A DNA stretch of 64,000 nt from contig JBCCHF010000013.1 of NCBI GenBank assembly GCA_039028895.1, positions 4,360 to 68,359 of the forward strand, read 5' to 3'. Within the stretch, counting starts at the first letter, position 1, and each line of letters opens with the position of its first letter. The stretch comes from Bacteroidota bacterium (GTDB lineage Bacteria > Bacteroidota > Bacteroidia > Chitinophagales > Saprospiraceae). Made by a program: the position numbers and the translations under genes. This document shows positions 34,610 through 42,957 of the stretch, piece by piece. The notes below the pieces were generated by a model, which saw only the letters and a list, made by a program, of their open reading frames with translations, searched no databases and was not told the origin of the DNA.

Positions 34610-37237
34610 TTATCTGATTTTGGTAAATCTCAAAGGTTGCCAGTTTTGTTCTCCTTCAATCGAAATGAAGTAGACGCCATTTGGCCATCCGTGAATATCA
34701 AGATCAAAAACCTGTGTACCAATGGTTACGGATTGCTCCCAGGTTTGCAAGGTTTTACCACTTATGTCGGTCAACTTGATTTTGATATCCTCACTCCATA
34801 GACTTGAGATAACAAGAGATGCCCCTTGCCTAACCGGATTCGGATAAATCTCAATCACAGAAGCTTCTTGGCCAAATTTAACCACTTCTACTTCACTGTA
34901 AGAAAAATCGCCATCAATGTCGACTTGCCTAATGCGGTAGTAGTTGTTTTGCTTTAATGGCTCTTCGTCAGTCAGGTGGTACTCAGAAATTGATGTGGTG
35001 TTTCCGGCAGCGGAAACCCGGCCTATCTCTTCCCAGCTATGACCATCCTGGCTTCTTTCCACTCCAAAATAGTCGCTGTCGACTTCAGTGGCAGTCGACC
35101 AAAGCAACTGGATGTCAGTTGCTCGTGGAACAGCCTTGAAACTCAGCCATTCGACCGAGAGTAACGGAGGAAGTACCTGGAAACAGTTAACACAGTTCCA
35201 TGCAGCCATCTGGAAGGTACCATCCGTACAGCCCGGACCTTCATAAATAGTGGCATTATACAGGCCTTGTGAAGCACCAAGTGGGATATTAAGTGTAGCT
35301 GTAAATGAAGTTGCACTACTCGCCGCACCTGTCATTTGATAAGTTTCTCCACCCATAGTAATCTCTGCACAAGTCGTGAAACCGGGGTTGAAGTTAGTGC
35401 CGAATCCGGTAATTTCTACCATAACATTCGAACCACGTGTACCGGAAGAAGGATTAAAAACGATATCCTGGTTGCATTGGACAACAAATGCCCAACCACC
35501 TCTTGTGCCAGCGCCATCAGAGCTAAAGTTGAAAGTCAGACAGCCGGAAGGATCGGATGATGTAATACTTACCCCTTCCAGATTACCTGAACCGTTCATA
35601 GATGCATCATCCTGGTCCCAGCACCAACCGTCTGTTGTGCCATTCGGAGATGAGATAACAGGGGCTCCGGTATTATCACCGTCCCAAATCGTTAATTCGT
35701 CAAGACAGTTGTCTCCGTCATTCTCGATGTCAAAAGAAGTGAATAATACGGATACGATCTCTCCAACATTCTGTGGACAAATGGTCCAGGTATCATTGGT
35801 GTTGTCAAGATAGTCGCCAAATTGACCGCCATTGTCATAAATGGTAGCCCCACAATTCAGAATATCGTTTACAGTAAAACAATCTGTACACGCCCAATTT
35901 GTACCCATACAACCAGACTCGTAAATCGTGGCATCGTATGATCCTGGGGTTGCGCCCAATGGTAAATTAAAATCCGCAGTGAACAAGATGGCATTATCTG
36001 CACTACCGGTTATTGAATAAGTATCAGTGCCATTGGTTAATTCCAGACAAGTTGTTGAGACTGGATCAAAAGTGGTTCCAACTCCAGTGAGAATAAGATT
36101 TATGGTTGTTCCGGGGTCTCCGTTATCCGGATTGATAGAAATCGGGTCTGGTTCAGTTATCATGAATGAAGCCGTAGCGGTACACTCACCTGCATCGGTA
36201 ACTGTCACACTATAAGAGCCAGACTCCAATCCGTTAGGGTCTTGTAACATTGCCCCATTACTCCAGTTGTAGGTGAATGGAGGTAGCCCTCCGCTAACGG
36301 TCAAATCTATGGAACCATCTGCACAAACAGCACAACTTGCATCTGTAACTACCCCACTTAAGGTCATTGGATCGCAGATAACAAAACAATCAACGCAAGA
36401 CCATTCCTCACCAGAACATCCTGGTCCAGAGAAAATACTGACATCATAAGCACCTGGGGTTGCACCCATCGGGATATCAAGGTCAGCGTTAAAATCAATG
36501 GCTGAACTGGCTGTTCCGGTAAATGAATAGGTATCAGTGCCATTGGAAAGCTGGACACAATCGGTCATACCTGGATTAAACAACGGGATATCTGCTGTAG
36601 CAGCTAATCCAACCGTACTGCCTGGGTCACCATTTATCGGGGTGACGGAAATAGCTTCCGGTTCGTTAATCGTATAATCTCTGACAGCTTCACAACCATT
36701 GGCATCTGCAATGGTTACAGCGTAGTTTCCTGCACCTACACCGGTCAGATTTTGATCTGTAGAGCCGTTGCTCCAATCAAATGTATATGGGAAAGCGCCA
36801 CCAAAAACACCGAGAGTAACACCACCGTCAGTACATTGGTAACATGAAGCATCCGTAGGATTTCCAAAAATGTTGAAAGGTGCGCAAATGGAGAAACACC
36901 CTACACAACTCCACGAGGTTCCAGAGCATCCAGGGCCTTCATAAACAATTACATCATACGATCCTGGAAGAGAAAATGGCGGGATAGTCAGTAAACCTGA
37001 AAATTCTGTTGCAGACGATGCTGTACCACTAATAGTCAAACTGGTAAAACCACCCGAAATCTCAGCGCATACTGTTGTCCCGGGAATAAAATTGGTGCCA
37101 ACCCCGGTAATATTGATGACCATGTTTGATGCACCCTGTTGACCATTATCAGGAGAAACATTTGAGATAATTTGGGAAATTCCCAGAAAAGGAATCAGCA
37201 GAATTACTGCTGCGAGGAGTAAAATTCTTGGTTTCAA
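34610..37237 (-). CDS. Paralogous large T9SS-secreted cell-surface protein (same architecture as 31681..34305)
   Basis: 875 aa, TTG start, signal peptide MKPRILLLAAVILLIPFLGISQ. Collinear with the neighbour at roughly half identical residues by eye (e.g. GTNFIPGTTVCAEISGG..., CYQCTDGGVTLGVFGGAFPYTFDWSNG, CUB-like GATIYDNGGQFGDY...CLDELTIWDG). T9SS sorting domain IEIYPNPVRQGASLVIS...GVYFISIEG. Confidence 0.8.
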   Translation of the reverse strand: MKPRILLLAAVILLIPFLGISQIISNVSPDNGQQGASNMVINITGVGTNFIPGTTVCAEISGGFTSLTISGTASSATEFSGLLTIPPFSLPGSYDVIVYEGPGCSGTSWSCVGCFSICAPFNIFGNPTDASCYQCTDGGVTLGVFGGAFPYTFDWSNGSTDQNLTGVGAGNYAVTIADANGCEAVRDYTINEPEAISVTPINGDPGSTVGLAATADIPLFNPGMTDCVQLSNGTDTYSFTGTASSAIDFNADLDIPMGATPGAYDVSIFSGPGCSGEEWSCVDCFVICDPMTLSGVVTDASCAVCADGSIDLTVSGGLPPFTYNWSNGAMLQDPNGLESGSYSVTVTDAGECTATASFMITEPDPISINPDNGDPGTTINLILTGVGTTFDPVSTTCLELTNGTDTYSITGSADNAILFTADFNLPLGATPGSYDATIYESGCMGTNWACTDCFTVNDILNCGATIYDNGGQFGDYLDNTNDTWTICPQNVGEIVSVLFTSFDIENDGDNCLDELTIWDGDNTGAPVISSPNGTTDGWCWDQDDASMNGSGNLEGVSITSSDPSGCLTFNFSSDGAGTRGGWAFVVQCNQDIVFNPSSGTRGSNVMVEITGFGTNFNPGFTTCAEITMGGETYQMTGAASSATSFTATLNIPLGASQGLYNATIYEGPGCTDGTFQMAAWNCVNCFQVLPPLLSVEWLSFKAVPRATDIQLLWSTATEVDSDYFGVERSQDGHSWEEIGRVSAAGNTTSISEYHLTDEEPLKQNNYYRIRQVDIDGDFSYSEVEVVKFGQEASVIEIYPNPVRQGASLVISSLWSEDIKIKLTDISGKTLQTWEQSVTIGTQVFDLDIHGWPNGVYFISIEGEQNWQPLRFTKIR

Positions 37238-37517
37238 AGTGTAAACGTTTTAAATAGTTTGGAATATTTTGGGTTACCTCCTTTCTTGGCTACTATATTT
37301 GATAAGAGGGTAAAAGTAGACATTGCGTTGCACTAAAATAAATGATTTTTATGTTTAAACGGGTAATTATCATATTAGAATTGTCAGCTTTAATCATTCA
37401 TAGCTGTTAGTTATGAAAATCTTGTTATTGCCTGTTTTTTTTAATACTTTAACAATTCGATTCGAAAAATTACGCTTTTCCCCCCTTCAAAATTAGGTTC
37501 AGTATTTTCTGAGTAGT

Positions 37518-38468
37518 ATGAAAAATTTTCTTAATCACCTTTATTTCAATGAATTGAAAAGGGGCATCATAGAGGTGATGCTTTATTTCGAGGTGTTTTC
37601 ATATCCAATGAGCCGTGAAGAAGTTTTTCGTACGGTTAATCAAATTAACACTAATCAGGATCAGGTCAATGCAGAAATTGATGAATTGATCAATGAATCC
37701 ATTATTTATGAAAATGGTGGTTTTCTCATGACCAGACCAAAACCTGAGTGGGCTGAAGAGCGAAAAATCAAGAATCGAATGGCAGATCAGTATATTGAAA
37801 AAGCATATCGCATGGGCCGCCTGATTGGGTACTTCCCCTTTGTGCGGGCTGTAATGATATCCGGTTCGCTGTCAAAACATTGGATGACAGAGGATGGTGA
37901 CGTTGATTTTTTTATCGTTACCGAAAAGAGAAGACTCTGGATCGCGCGCACCCTGCTCGTATTATTCAAAAAAATATTCCTGCTAAATTCACATAAGTAC
38001 TTCTGCGTGAACTATTTTGTGGATGTTGATCACCTGGAAATAGAAGAAAAGAACAGGTTCACAGCCTCAGAGATCGTTACGTTACTTCCAGTAGTCAACA
38101 AGCCATTGTATTTGGAATTTTTGAAAGCAAATCAATGGATCAGGGGTATTTACCCAAATTTCCCCGTAAGGGATACTAGTAATACTACACCACTTAAAGC
38201 TTCGCTGCCCAAACTGATTATAGAAAAAATGCTGTCAACCCGCTTTGGCGACTGGCTTGATCGCTCATTTCTAAAGATGACTCTGAAACACTGGAATAAA
38301 AAGTTTGGTCATATGGATAAGGAGGAATTTGAAGTAGCGATGAAATCAAGAACATATGTTTCAAAACATCATCCTAACGCATTTCAAGCCAGAGTGCTTG
38401 AGGCAATGGCTAATAACCAGGTTCAATTTGAAGCATCCATTCTAAAAAAGATGCCAATGAGAAGCTAA
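37518..38468 (+). CDS. Hypothetical protein with wHTH-like N-terminus and polymerase-beta-type nucleotidyltransferase-like motif
   Basis: 316 aa. MISGSLSKHWMTEDGDVDFFIVT fits the G-S...D-x-D nucleotidyltransferase signature. The N-terminal ~70 aa (YPMSREEVFRTV...IDELINESIIYENGGFL) look wHTH-like. It is the first gene of the rSAM operon. The assignment is weak. Confidence 0.4.
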   Translation: MKNFLNHLYFNELKRGIIEVMLYFEVFSYPMSREEVFRTVNQINTNQDQVNAEIDELINESIIYENGGFLMTRPKPEWAEERKIKNRMADQYIEKAYRMGRLIGYFPFVRAVMISGSLSKHWMTEDGDVDFFIVTEKRRLWIARTLLVLFKKIFLLNSHKYFCVNYFVDVDHLEIEEKNRFTASEIVTLLPVVNKPLYLEFLKANQWIRGIYPNFPVRDTSNTTPLKASLPKLIIEKMLSTRFGDWLDRSFLKMTLKHWNKKFGHMDKEEFEVAMKSRTYVSKHHPNAFQARVLEAMANNQVQFEASILKKMPMRS

Positions 38469-38501
38469 CCGCTTATCTTTGCAATAAAGGTTCCCTGTTC
38501 A

Positions 38502-39968
38502 ATGGCAAATATTCTTTTTACCCACTCATATTTTTATCGATTTGACGAGAAGCAATGGGCTATGAAACAGCCATATCCGCCATATGGTACACTCTATGCT
38601 GCCGCAAAAATGCGGGAGGAGGGTCACCATGTAGCACTTTTTGACACTAACCTTGTGGTTTCTCCTGTTGAGATAAAGCCCATTCTGAAAAGTGAGCAAC
38701 CCGACTATCTGGTAATCTATGATGACGGGTTTAACTACCTGACTAAGATGTGCCTGACCAATATGCGGGAAGCTGCTTTTGAGTTGATCAAATTTGGTAA
38801 AGAAAACGCTTGTAAGGTAATTGTCTCGAGCTCTGATTCGACAGATCACCCTGATTTTTATCTTGAAAAAGGGGCTGATTTTATTCTTTTAGGAGAAGGA
38901 GAAGAAACGCTCAGTGAACTGGTCACAGCCATTGAGTCCGGCCAGCAGGATATGAGTTCTATTCTGGGTATTTGTTACCATTCCGAAACATTCGTTAAAA
39001 ATCCGAGAAGGCCCGTTATTCGCAATCTCGACAGCTTGCCTGACCCAGCATGGGATCTGGTAGATATCGATATGTATCGCAAGGTCTGGATGGAAGGAAA
39101 TGGATATTTTTCTTTAAATATTGCGACAACCAGGGGGTGCCCCTTTAAGTGTAATTGGTGTGCAAAACCCATTTATGGCAATCGATATAATTCCCGTTCA
39201 CCGGAAAGGGTAGCTAACGAAATCGAAATGCTGGTGTCAAAATTTGGTGCCCGCCATTTTTGGTTTAGTGATGATATATTCGGTTTAAAACCCGGATGGG
39301 TGCAATCGTTCAGAGATATTGTAAAGGCCAAAAATCTGCAGTTTAGCTATAAGATTCAGTCCAGGGTAGATTTGCTGCTTCAGGAAGATACGATCGCAGC
39401 ACTTGCTCAATCGGGTTTGAAAACCGTGTGGGTAGGTGCCGAATCAGGATCGCAGAAAATCCTCGATGCCATGGACAAAGGCACCAAGATCGAACAGATT
39501 TATGAAGCGACAGAATTACTGAAGCGCAAAGGTGTCGAGGTAGGATTTTTCCTTCAGTTTGGCTATCTCGGTGAAACAAGAGAAGATATTTCCAGTACTA
39601 TACAGATGGTGCTCGACTGCATGCCTGATGATATCGGGATATCTGTTTCTTACCCCTTGCCCGGCACCAAATTTTTCGAAATGGTGAAGGCCCAATTGGA
39701 TGACAAGCAAAACTGGTCGCACTCAGATGATCTGGCGATGATGTATAAAGGCACCTTCAGCCCTGATTTCTATCGACGTCTCCATCGGTTTGTCCATAAA
39801 ACATTCAGAAAACACCAGGGATTCGCAAATTTGAAAGGCATTTTAATGAACCCTACGGCAGTTAACCGATCTAAACTCAGGTCAGCGTTGGCTACAGTAT
39901 ATTATATCCCGGCAGCTGCCATCGACAATTACAAACTCAGACTTCTCGAAAAGCAAAGTGTTTCCTGA
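38502..39968 (+). CDS. B12-binding-domain radical SAM enzyme (rSAM-1)
   Basis: 488 aa. N-terminal cobalamin-binding-type Rossmann segment (ILFTHSYFYRFDEKQWAMKQPYPPYGTLYAAAKMREEGHHVALFD). CxxxCxxC cluster at C213/C217/C220 (TTRGCPFKCNWCAKP; tgc 39138..39140). Confidence 0.85.
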   Translation: MANILFTHSYFYRFDEKQWAMKQPYPPYGTLYAAAKMREEGHHVALFDTNLVVSPVEIKPILKSEQPDYLVIYDDGFNYLTKMCLTNMREAAFELIKFGKENACKVIVSSSDSTDHPDFYLEKGADFILLGEGEETLSELVTAIESGQQDMSSILGICYHSETFVKNPRRPVIRNLDSLPDPAWDLVDIDMYRKVWMEGNGYFSLNIATTRGCPFKCNWCAKPIYGNRYNSRSPERVANEIEMLVSKFGARHFWFSDDIFGLKPGWVQSFRDIVKAKNLQFSYKIQSRVDLLLQEDTIAALAQSGLKTVWVGAESGSQKILDAMDKGTKIEQIYEATELLKRKGVEVGFFLQFGYLGETREDISSTIQMVLDCMPDDIGISVSYPLPGTKFFEMVKAQLDDKQNWSHSDDLAMMYKGTFSPDFYRRLHRFVHKTFRKHQGFANLKGILMNPTAVNRSKLRSALATVYYIPAAAIDNYKLRLLEKQSVS

Positions 39969-40768
39969 TTATCAAAGCTGCTTTTGACCATATTGCCAAA
40001 GATTACGACCAGTCATTTTCCGATACTATAACGGGAAAACGACAGCGAGCACTTGTTCATGCCTACCTGGCAGAGTATTTTGTTGACATTCCCGGCCAAA
40101 AAGTGCTGGAGCTAAATTGCGGTACGGGTATAGATGCCTGCTGGATAGCGGCAAGAGGGCATACGGTTCTCGCAACTGATGTTTCAAAGGAAATGGTCAA
40201 TTTGACAGATATAAGAGTGGACCGCTTAGGGTTTGAAAAATATATTGATACCAGTGTTTGTGGGTTTTCCGAGATTCATACTTTGAATGACAAGGGCCCA
40301 TTCAATCTCATATTCTCTAATTTTGGAGGCTTGAATTGCATTGATTCGAATAGTATGGCTATGCTATCTATGGCATTACGAAAAATGCTTAAGCCTGGCG
40401 GCAGTCTCATCATAGTTTTGATGGGGCGTAAGTGTTGGTGGGAAAGCCTCTATTTTTTGTTAAAAGGCAACCCAAAAGAAGCATTTCGAAGGAAGAATGG
40501 AGGACCGGTTGAAGCAAATGTTGGAGACAAAAAGATCCTTACATGGTATTATGATCCGCAAGAATATTCAAACCTTTTTTCAAACCAATTCAAGACAAAA
40601 GTTATTAAACCTGTAGGCATTGCTTTACCGCCTTCCTACATGGATAGCATTTTTTCAAAAAGGAAATGGTTGATGAATTGGTTGACAAAATGTGAAAATA
40701 GGTTCCACAACAAATCTTACCTGGCCAAATGGTCGGACCATTACTTAATTCACCTTGAAGCGATCTGA
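39968..40768 (+). CDS. Class I SAM-dependent methyltransferase (MT-1; true start unclear, no ATG upstream of motif I)
   Basis: The ORF track starts at GTG 40103 (M/VLELNCGTG), which is motif I itself. The same frame is open back to 39965 and encodes IIKAAFDHIAKDYDQSFSDTITGKRQRALVHAYLAEYFVDIPGQK, a typical MTase N-terminus. The only candidate starts there are CTG 39965 and ATT 39968, which overlap the rSAM-1 TGA. Confidence 0.7.
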   Translation: MIKAAFDHIAKDYDQSFSDTITGKRQRALVHAYLAEYFVDIPGQKVLELNCGTGIDACWIAARGHTVLATDVSKEMVNLTDIRVDRLGFEKYIDTSVCGFSEIHTLNDKGPFNLIFSNFGGLNCIDSNSMAMLSMALRKMLKPGGSLIIVLMGRKCWWESLYFLLKGNPKEAFRRKNGGPVEANVGDKKILTWYYDPQEYSNLFSNQFKTKVIKPVGIALPPSYMDSIFSKRKWLMNWLTKCENRFHNKSYLAKWSDHYLIHLEAI

Positions 40769-42174
40769 TGGAGGTGTTGTTTACACATGGTTATTATATT
40801 GAGGAAGATCCGAAGGAGCAGGAGATCATGCGCCCTTACCCGCCTTTGGGTATTCTTTACCTGTCAGCGTGGCTGGAAAAGCATGGCGTTGATAATGAAG
40901 TGTACGACACTACATTTTCCAATAAAAAAGCGCATAAGGCATTTCTTGTCAAAAATAAACCCGGAATCCTCGCCATCTATACCAATCTGATGACCAAAGT
41001 CAATGTCATCGAATTGGTCAAATACATCAGGGCCGAACCTGATTTGAACGAAACCTTTATTGTCATAGGTGGACCTGACGTTACTTATAATATCGAAAAT
41101 TACCTGGGTTCAGGAGCGAATGTCATCGTTTTTGGAGAGGGTGAACAGACCATGCTCGAGATTGTAAACTCTGTCAAAAATGGGGTGCGGTCAGCGTTAT
41201 TCCACATTCCCGGGGTGGCATTCTTCGATGAAGGAGGTGATGTTGTAAAAACGGAAGCCAGGAAACGCATCCGCCCGGTAGACGGTCTGCCTATCCCTAA
41301 CAGGAAGAAGATTGACCTTAACAAATACCTGGAAGTCTGGAAAACACATCACGGTAAGAGTACTGTTTCAATCAGCACCCAAAGAGGATGTCCGTATACC
41401 TGCAGATGGTGTAGTACTGCTGTTTATGGACAGAGTTACAGACGTCGTTCCCCTGAAGTGGTCGTCTCTGAAATGAAATACCTGAAGGAAAACTATAACC
41501 CTGATAGCCTTTGGTTTGTGGATGATGTATTTACGGTCAGTCATAAATGGCTGAAAACTTTCAGAGATGCCTTGGAAAAAGCCAATATCAATATTCCTTT
41601 TGAATGTATAACCCGCGCAGATCGCCTTGACCCAGAAGTCATCAGCGTATTGAAAGCAAGTGGCTGTTTTCGGGTCTGGATTGGTGCTGAAAGTGGCTCA
41701 CAAAAAATCATAGATGCCATGGACAGGCGGGTAGATGTTAACCATGTCCGCAATATGATAATCGAAGCCAGGCAACAAGGACTTGAAGCCGGTACGTTCA
41801 TCATGTTAGGCTATCCCGGGGAAACCGAAACGGATATTTATGAAACGGTCAATCACCTAAAAATATCCAATCCCGATCTGTTCACAATAACAGTGGCTTA
41901 CCCGATTAAAGGAACAGGTCTTTACGAGGAAATTGAAGCCCAGCGCCTTAATAACCTGGATTGGCAAACCAGCACTGATCGCCAGATCGACTTTAAGCGG
42001 ACTTATCCAAGAAAGTATTATGATTACGCGGTACGGTGGGTGGTCAATTCGGTAAACTACAATAAACAGAAGTTGAATGGCAGACAATTGACTCCCCATG
42101 CATTGAAAATGCTTGCCAAAAGTTCCCTGGCCAGGGCAGGTATGATCTTTCATCGACAATTTGGCAAAGGATAG
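40768..42174 (+). CDS. B12-binding-domain radical SAM enzyme (rSAM-2, paralogue of rSAM-1)
   Basis: 468 aa. TGATG stop/start overlap at 40766..40770. N-terminus VLFTHGYYIEEDPKEQEIMRPYPPLGILYLSAWLEKHG parallels rSAM-1. Cluster C208/C212/C215 (STQRGCPYTCRWCST; tgt 41389..41391). Confidence 0.85.
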   Translation: MEVLFTHGYYIEEDPKEQEIMRPYPPLGILYLSAWLEKHGVDNEVYDTTFSNKKAHKAFLVKNKPGILAIYTNLMTKVNVIELVKYIRAEPDLNETFIVIGGPDVTYNIENYLGSGANVIVFGEGEQTMLEIVNSVKNGVRSALFHIPGVAFFDEGGDVVKTEARKRIRPVDGLPIPNRKKIDLNKYLEVWKTHHGKSTVSISTQRGCPYTCRWCSTAVYGQSYRRRSPEVVVSEMKYLKENYNPDSLWFVDDVFTVSHKWLKTFRDALEKANINIPFECITRADRLDPEVISVLKASGCFRVWIGAESGSQKIIDAMDRRVDVNHVRNMIIEARQQGLEAGTFIMLGYPGETETDIYETVNHLKISNPDLFTITVAYPIKGTGLYEEIEAQRLNNLDWQTSTDRQIDFKRTYPRKYYDYAVRWVVNSVNYNKQKLNGRQLTPHALKMLAKSSLARAGMIFHRQFGKG

Positions 42175-42177
42175 ATT

Positions 42178-42957
42178 ATGAAGGCTTTTCTTGAGAAATT
42201 TCCTGGAAATGGCGGTGTCTATTGCCTTTCAAAACCTGACAACAGTTTCGAAGACAGCTACATTGCTATTCGCAAAAAAGAGCAACGCGTCCTGTCTGAC
42301 GAGCAAGTCAGTCAATTACCCCGAGTGGATAGGTCTAATCCTCATTTTGACGAATGGCAAATCAGAAATCGTTCATTCGAGCGTGTCATCAATTATCTGA
42401 TGGATGATCCCAAAAGCCAACTACGGATTCTAGACCTGGGGTGCGGTAATGGCTGGTTTACCCACCGACTAGCTGCATTAGGCCATTTGGAAGTATTGGG
42501 CCTGGATATCAATATGATTGAATTGAAACAGGCTGCCAGGATCTTCACCACTGAGAAATGCCGTTTTGCCTACGGAGATATCGCTGTTTTGGACTTTGAT
42601 AACCTAAAGTTTGATCGCATTTTTCTGAATGCTTCAGTTCAATATTTCTCAAATCTTACCAGACTCCTCAAAAGGTTGTTAAACCTGCTCAACAAAGGAG
42701 GGGAGATTCATATTATCGATTCGCCATTTTATAAGTCTGTTGATATCCCCGCTGCAAAGGCACGTTCTTTTTCCTATTACAAAACCATGGGTTTTGAGAC
42801 TATGAGTACCAGCTATTTTCATCATAGTTTGGAAGAAATTAGCCAGTTTGATCCTTTCTATCTGTACCAACCATCCACTGGATTCAAGAAATTTTTGGAT
42901 AGATTTGGGAAAAAAGACACCCCGTTTCCATGGATCAGGATCTCAAAGGAAAATTAG
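42178..42957 (+). CDS. Class I SAM-dependent methyltransferase (MT-2)
   Basis: 259 aa, starting 3 nt after the rSAM-2 stop. Motif I is ILDLGCGNGWFTHRLA and the post-I acidic residue sits in VLGLDIN. Confidence 0.8.
   Translation: MKAFLEKFPGNGGVYCLSKPDNSFEDSYIAIRKKEQRVLSDEQVSQLPRVDRSNPHFDEWQIRNRSFERVINYLMDDPKSQLRILDLGCGNGWFTHRLAALGHLEVLGLDINMIELKQAARIFTTEKCRFAYGDIAVLDFDNLKFDRIFLNASVQYFSNLTRLLKRLLNLLNKGGEIHIIDSPFYKSVDIPAAKARSFSYYKTMGFETMSTSYFHHSLEEISQFDPFYLYQPSTGFKKFLDRFGKKDTPFPWIRISKEN

Noticed and set aside
37342-37496. Two tiny ORFs (22 aa MIFMFKRVIIILELSALIIHSC and 27 aa MKILLLPVFFNTLTIRFEKLRFSPLQN) upstream of the rSAM operon, considered as RiPP precursor peptides
   Set aside because: They lack a leader/core organisation and any Cys/Ser/Thr-rich or repetitive core. 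The island has no RiPP recognition element, leader peptidase or exporter, and its neighbours are glycan/lipid enzymes. The RiPP hypothesis for the four rSAMs was therefore set aside, although it is not formally excluded.
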